Origin: Minisyncoccota bacterium | GTDB taxonomy: Bacteria; Patescibacteriota; Minisyncoccia; Phycocordibacterales; UBA1006 | DNA length: 64,000 nt | Direction of reading: 5' to 3' | NCBI GenBank assembly: GCA_021734445.1 | Contig: JAIPIY010000002.1 | Coordinates: 32,786-96,785 of the forward strand | Shown here: piece by piece, positions 61,379 to 64,000 of the stretch | How positions within the stretch are numbered: position 1 is the first letter of the stretch | Layout: the number at the start of each line of letters is the position of its first letter | Position numbers and translations under genes: made by a program | Notes under the pieces: generated by a model | Told to the model about the DNA's origin: nothing | Database searches by the model: none | The model's input: only the letters and a program-made list of their open reading frames with translations

Positions 61379-63664
61379 TTATTTCGCCACAGCTACCGCT
61401 TCATCAAATTTTACTGACAATAATTGTGATACCCCATCATTACTCATGGTTACTCCATATAAAATATTGGCACGAGACATAGTTTCTCGGTTATGCGTTA
61501 CCACAACCAATTGAGACACTGTGGACAATTTTTCCAACATATCACCATACCGACGACTATTTGCTTCGTCCAACGCTGCGTCTGTTTCATCTAATACCAA
61601 AAATGGTGGTGGGTTTACCTGAGATAATGCAAACAATGCAGCAATAGAAACCAATGATCGTTCCCCACCCGATAACATATCCAATGATTTGATATTTTTT
61701 CTTGGCAGGGTAACCTTTAAAATAACACCAATTTCTTTTTCCGCCTCTTCTTCGTCGACAACATCAATCTCATCTCCGTCTTCTGTTTTCGTTGTTTTTC
61801 TCTTAGTAATATCTGCCAAAACCAAAGACCCCGTACCCCCACCAAACATAACAGAAACCAATTCTCCAAAATGATCATTGATTTTCTTTACCCCTGCAGT
61901 AAAATCATGTTCTATTCTTTGTACCAAATTTTTAATAAGATCTTCTAATGAAACAATGGTTCCCCAAATATCTCCTAATTCTTTTTCCAAAAATTGATCT
62001 CGTTCAATCGTTTCATTATATTCTTTTATAATATCATCACCAGAACCACCACCCGCATCTTCGATACGGATTTTAATTCTTTCTAATTCATGACGCATTT
62101 TTGCCAGACTATCTTCATTATCGTCTACACCAACCAAAGATTCATCTGAAACAACATCGGCTGGATGATACCCAACCAATACCCGAGATTCTTCTTCGTC
62201 ATCAACTAGTCGTTGATAAAATCGATCATATGCATCTACATGGAATCGCAATGTTTCTTCTTTGCTTTTTAGTGTGTGCGCCTGAGTCGCTAGCTCATAA
62301 AATACATGTTCTTTTTTGCGACCCTCTTCATGAAATTGAGTAATTTGATTTCGTGTTGATTGTTGATTGGTATCCAGATTTTGTATTTGTATTTCAAGAT
62401 TTTTTATTTTTTCTTCAATATCTTGTTTTTCTTGTTGCAACGCAGTTACATCATGCATGACACGGGGTGGAATTTCTTGGTTTACTGTATTACCCCCTTG
62501 TTGAATTTTTTCTTTGAACAATAGAATATCTTTTCGCAATGATTCGATTCTCGACAGCATTTCACCTGTAGTAATATCCGGAGAAAACGAACATAATGAC
62601 AATATATGGTCGCACCATGTCAGCGTTTCTTCTTGTTGTAACATTACATCCTGTGATGTTTTTTTTGCAGTAGGTGCAGGTATCGATCGTGCAACGTCCA
62701 GCAATGCTTCAACACGCCCCAATGCACGCCCCAGTGTATCTCGTTCTGCAGTATAGGTACGGCGCAAATCATCATAGGTACGTAATTCTTGTTCTAATGC
62801 ACGCAAAGGAGATTCATCAACCGATGTCTTTGCTCGTGCCATGGATTCTTCTATAGTTTTTCGCTCTACTACAATACGCTCATATTCTTGTCGTGTTTGT
62901 TCTGCGGATTGTGTATACCATGCACGTGCACGCAATGCATAGATACCAAATTGTTTTTTATATTCTTGTCGTAATAATGCGGTTTGTTCTACTTTTTCTA
63001 CTTGTTTTTTTAAAAAACGAATATGCGGAGCCAATTCGCGACGGAGACCTTCTATTTCCTGCATATGGGCTTTTGTTTTTTCTAATTTACGTTCTGCATC
63101 TTTGATTTTCATCCGGTGAATACGTAAACCCAAAGCTTCTTCGATCATCATACGTCTGTCACGTGGAGATGCATGTAAAATACGGTCTGCTTCGCCCTGT
63201 GAAATAATATGATGACCTGATGCACCTACATGCACCCGAGAAACTAAATCTTGAATATCTTTTAATCTCACCTGAGAATCATTGATACTGTATACATTCG
63301 TACCATCTGAAAAAACTTCTCGTTTTAAAATAATTTCATCAAAATCCAAAGAAATATCTTGTTCTCCTACATCACCTGACAATTGGAAAATACGATCGTG
63401 ATTATCAAAAGTAATAGCAACCGACGCACGATTCATTTTTGAAACAGTCCGAGATCCACCAAAAATCATATCTGACCCTGATGATCCACGCATAGATTTT
63501 AATGATTGCTCCCCTAATACAAACCGCATCCCTTCTACAACATTTGATTTACCAGAACCGTTAGGTCCAACAATAGCAGTTACCGGAACAGAAAAATCCA
63601 ATGCCGTAGTTTTTGCAAAAGATTTAAAGCCAGAAAGTGAAAGTGTTTTAAGACGATGTATCAT
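61379..63664 (-). CDS. smc: Short SMC-family chromosome segregation ATPase
   Basis: GFKSFA, GPNGSGKSN, IISQG, LSGGE, LDETDAALD, VVTH; follows rnc. Confidence 0.88.
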   Translation of the reverse strand: MIHRLKTLSLSGFKSFAKTTALDFSVPVTAIVGPNGSGKSNVVEGMRFVLGEQSLKSMRGSSGSDMIFGGSRTVSKMNRASVAITFDNHDRIFQLSGDVGEQDISLDFDEIILKREVFSDGTNVYSINDSQVRLKDIQDLVSRVHVGASGHHIISQGEADRILHASPRDRRMMIEEALGLRIHRMKIKDAERKLEKTKAHMQEIEGLRRELAPHIRFLKKQVEKVEQTALLRQEYKKQFGIYALRARAWYTQSAEQTRQEYERIVVERKTIEESMARAKTSVDESPLRALEQELRTYDDLRRTYTAERDTLGRALGRVEALLDVARSIPAPTAKKTSQDVMLQQEETLTWCDHILSLCSFSPDITTGEMLSRIESLRKDILLFKEKIQQGGNTVNQEIPPRVMHDVTALQQEKQDIEEKIKNLEIQIQNLDTNQQSTRNQITQFHEEGRKKEHVFYELATQAHTLKSKEETLRFHVDAYDRFYQRLVDDEEESRVLVGYHPADVVSDESLVGVDDNEDSLAKMRHELERIKIRIEDAGGGSGDDIIKEYNETIERDQFLEKELGDIWGTIVSLEDLIKNLVQRIEHDFTAGVKKINDHFGELVSVMFGGGTGSLVLADITKRKTTKTEDGDEIDVVDEEEAEKEIGVILKVTLPRKNIKSLDMLSGGERSLVSIAALFALSQVNPPPFLVLDETDAALDEANSRRYGDMLEKLSTVSQLVVVTHNRETMSRANILYGVTMSNDGVSQLLSVKFDEAVAVAK

Positions 63665-63686
63665 ATAAGATTAAGCACGAGTAGTA

Positions 63687-64000
63687 TTATATCCCCCATT
63701 TTCTCAAAGACAAAGCTTTTCGTGCTGCTTCTTGCTCAGCTTCTTGTTTTGATTTTCCTGAACCTTCGGCAATACAGGTTTCTCCAAAATAAATTCCAAT
63801 AGTAAAGTTTTTATCATGATCAGGTCCACCCTCTTTCAAAACACGATATGACGGAGTGACCCCTTCTATTTCCTGAGATTTTTCTTGAACGTAGCTTTTT
63901 GCATCACGCCACAGATTACGTTCCACAATTTCATCAATTTTTGGTAACAATGTTTGTGTAATAAATTTTTCTGCAGATGAGTACCCCTGGTCACAATATA
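63687..64000 (-). CDS. rnc: Ribonuclease III, C-terminal part (dsRBD)
   Basis: DAKSYVQE..GPDHDK.F..GSGKSKQEAEQEAA; rnc-smc synteny. Confidence 0.92.
   Translation of the reverse strand, partial: YCDQGYSSAEKFITQTLLPKIDEIVERNLWRDAKSYVQEKSQEIEGVTPSYRVLKEGGPDHDKNFTIGIYFGETCIAEGSGKSKQEAEQEAARKALSLRKWGI

Overview
An AT-rich bacterial chromosomal window (standard genetic code) with hallmarks of a Patescibacteria/CPR (Parcubacteria-like) genome. The lineage call is inferred from gene order, short protein forms and CPR-style proteins. Housekeeping content: uvrB, tgt, mreC-mreB, proS, rpsB-tsf, rpoB-rpoC-dnaG-rpoD, trmD, rmuC, rlmH, a full F1Fo ATP synthase operon, rpsP/khpA, rnr, a short smc, partial rnc, and tRNAs Thr(TGT), Glu(CTC) and Ile(GAT). 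No CRISPR, transposase, integrase or reverse transcriptase was seen. Main signals: (1) about 10 orphan genes form stand-alone units with a sigma70-like promoter, an A/C-rich leader without Shine-Dalgarno that usually carries a boxA-like motif, and a strand-specific terminator, while many housekeeping genes look leaderless; (2) an unannotated 18-aa leader peptide plus terminator upstream of a HelD-like helicase; (3) a roughly 110-nt structured RNA leading an ATP synthase operon whose c-subunit has a Na+-binding signature; (4) tRNA-Ile preceded by a truncated copy of its own 5' end and enclosed in inverted repeats; (5) an SF2 helicase with four C-terminal 68-69-aa repeats; (6) nested palindromic REP-like elements. 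All calls were made by eye and no database searches were run.
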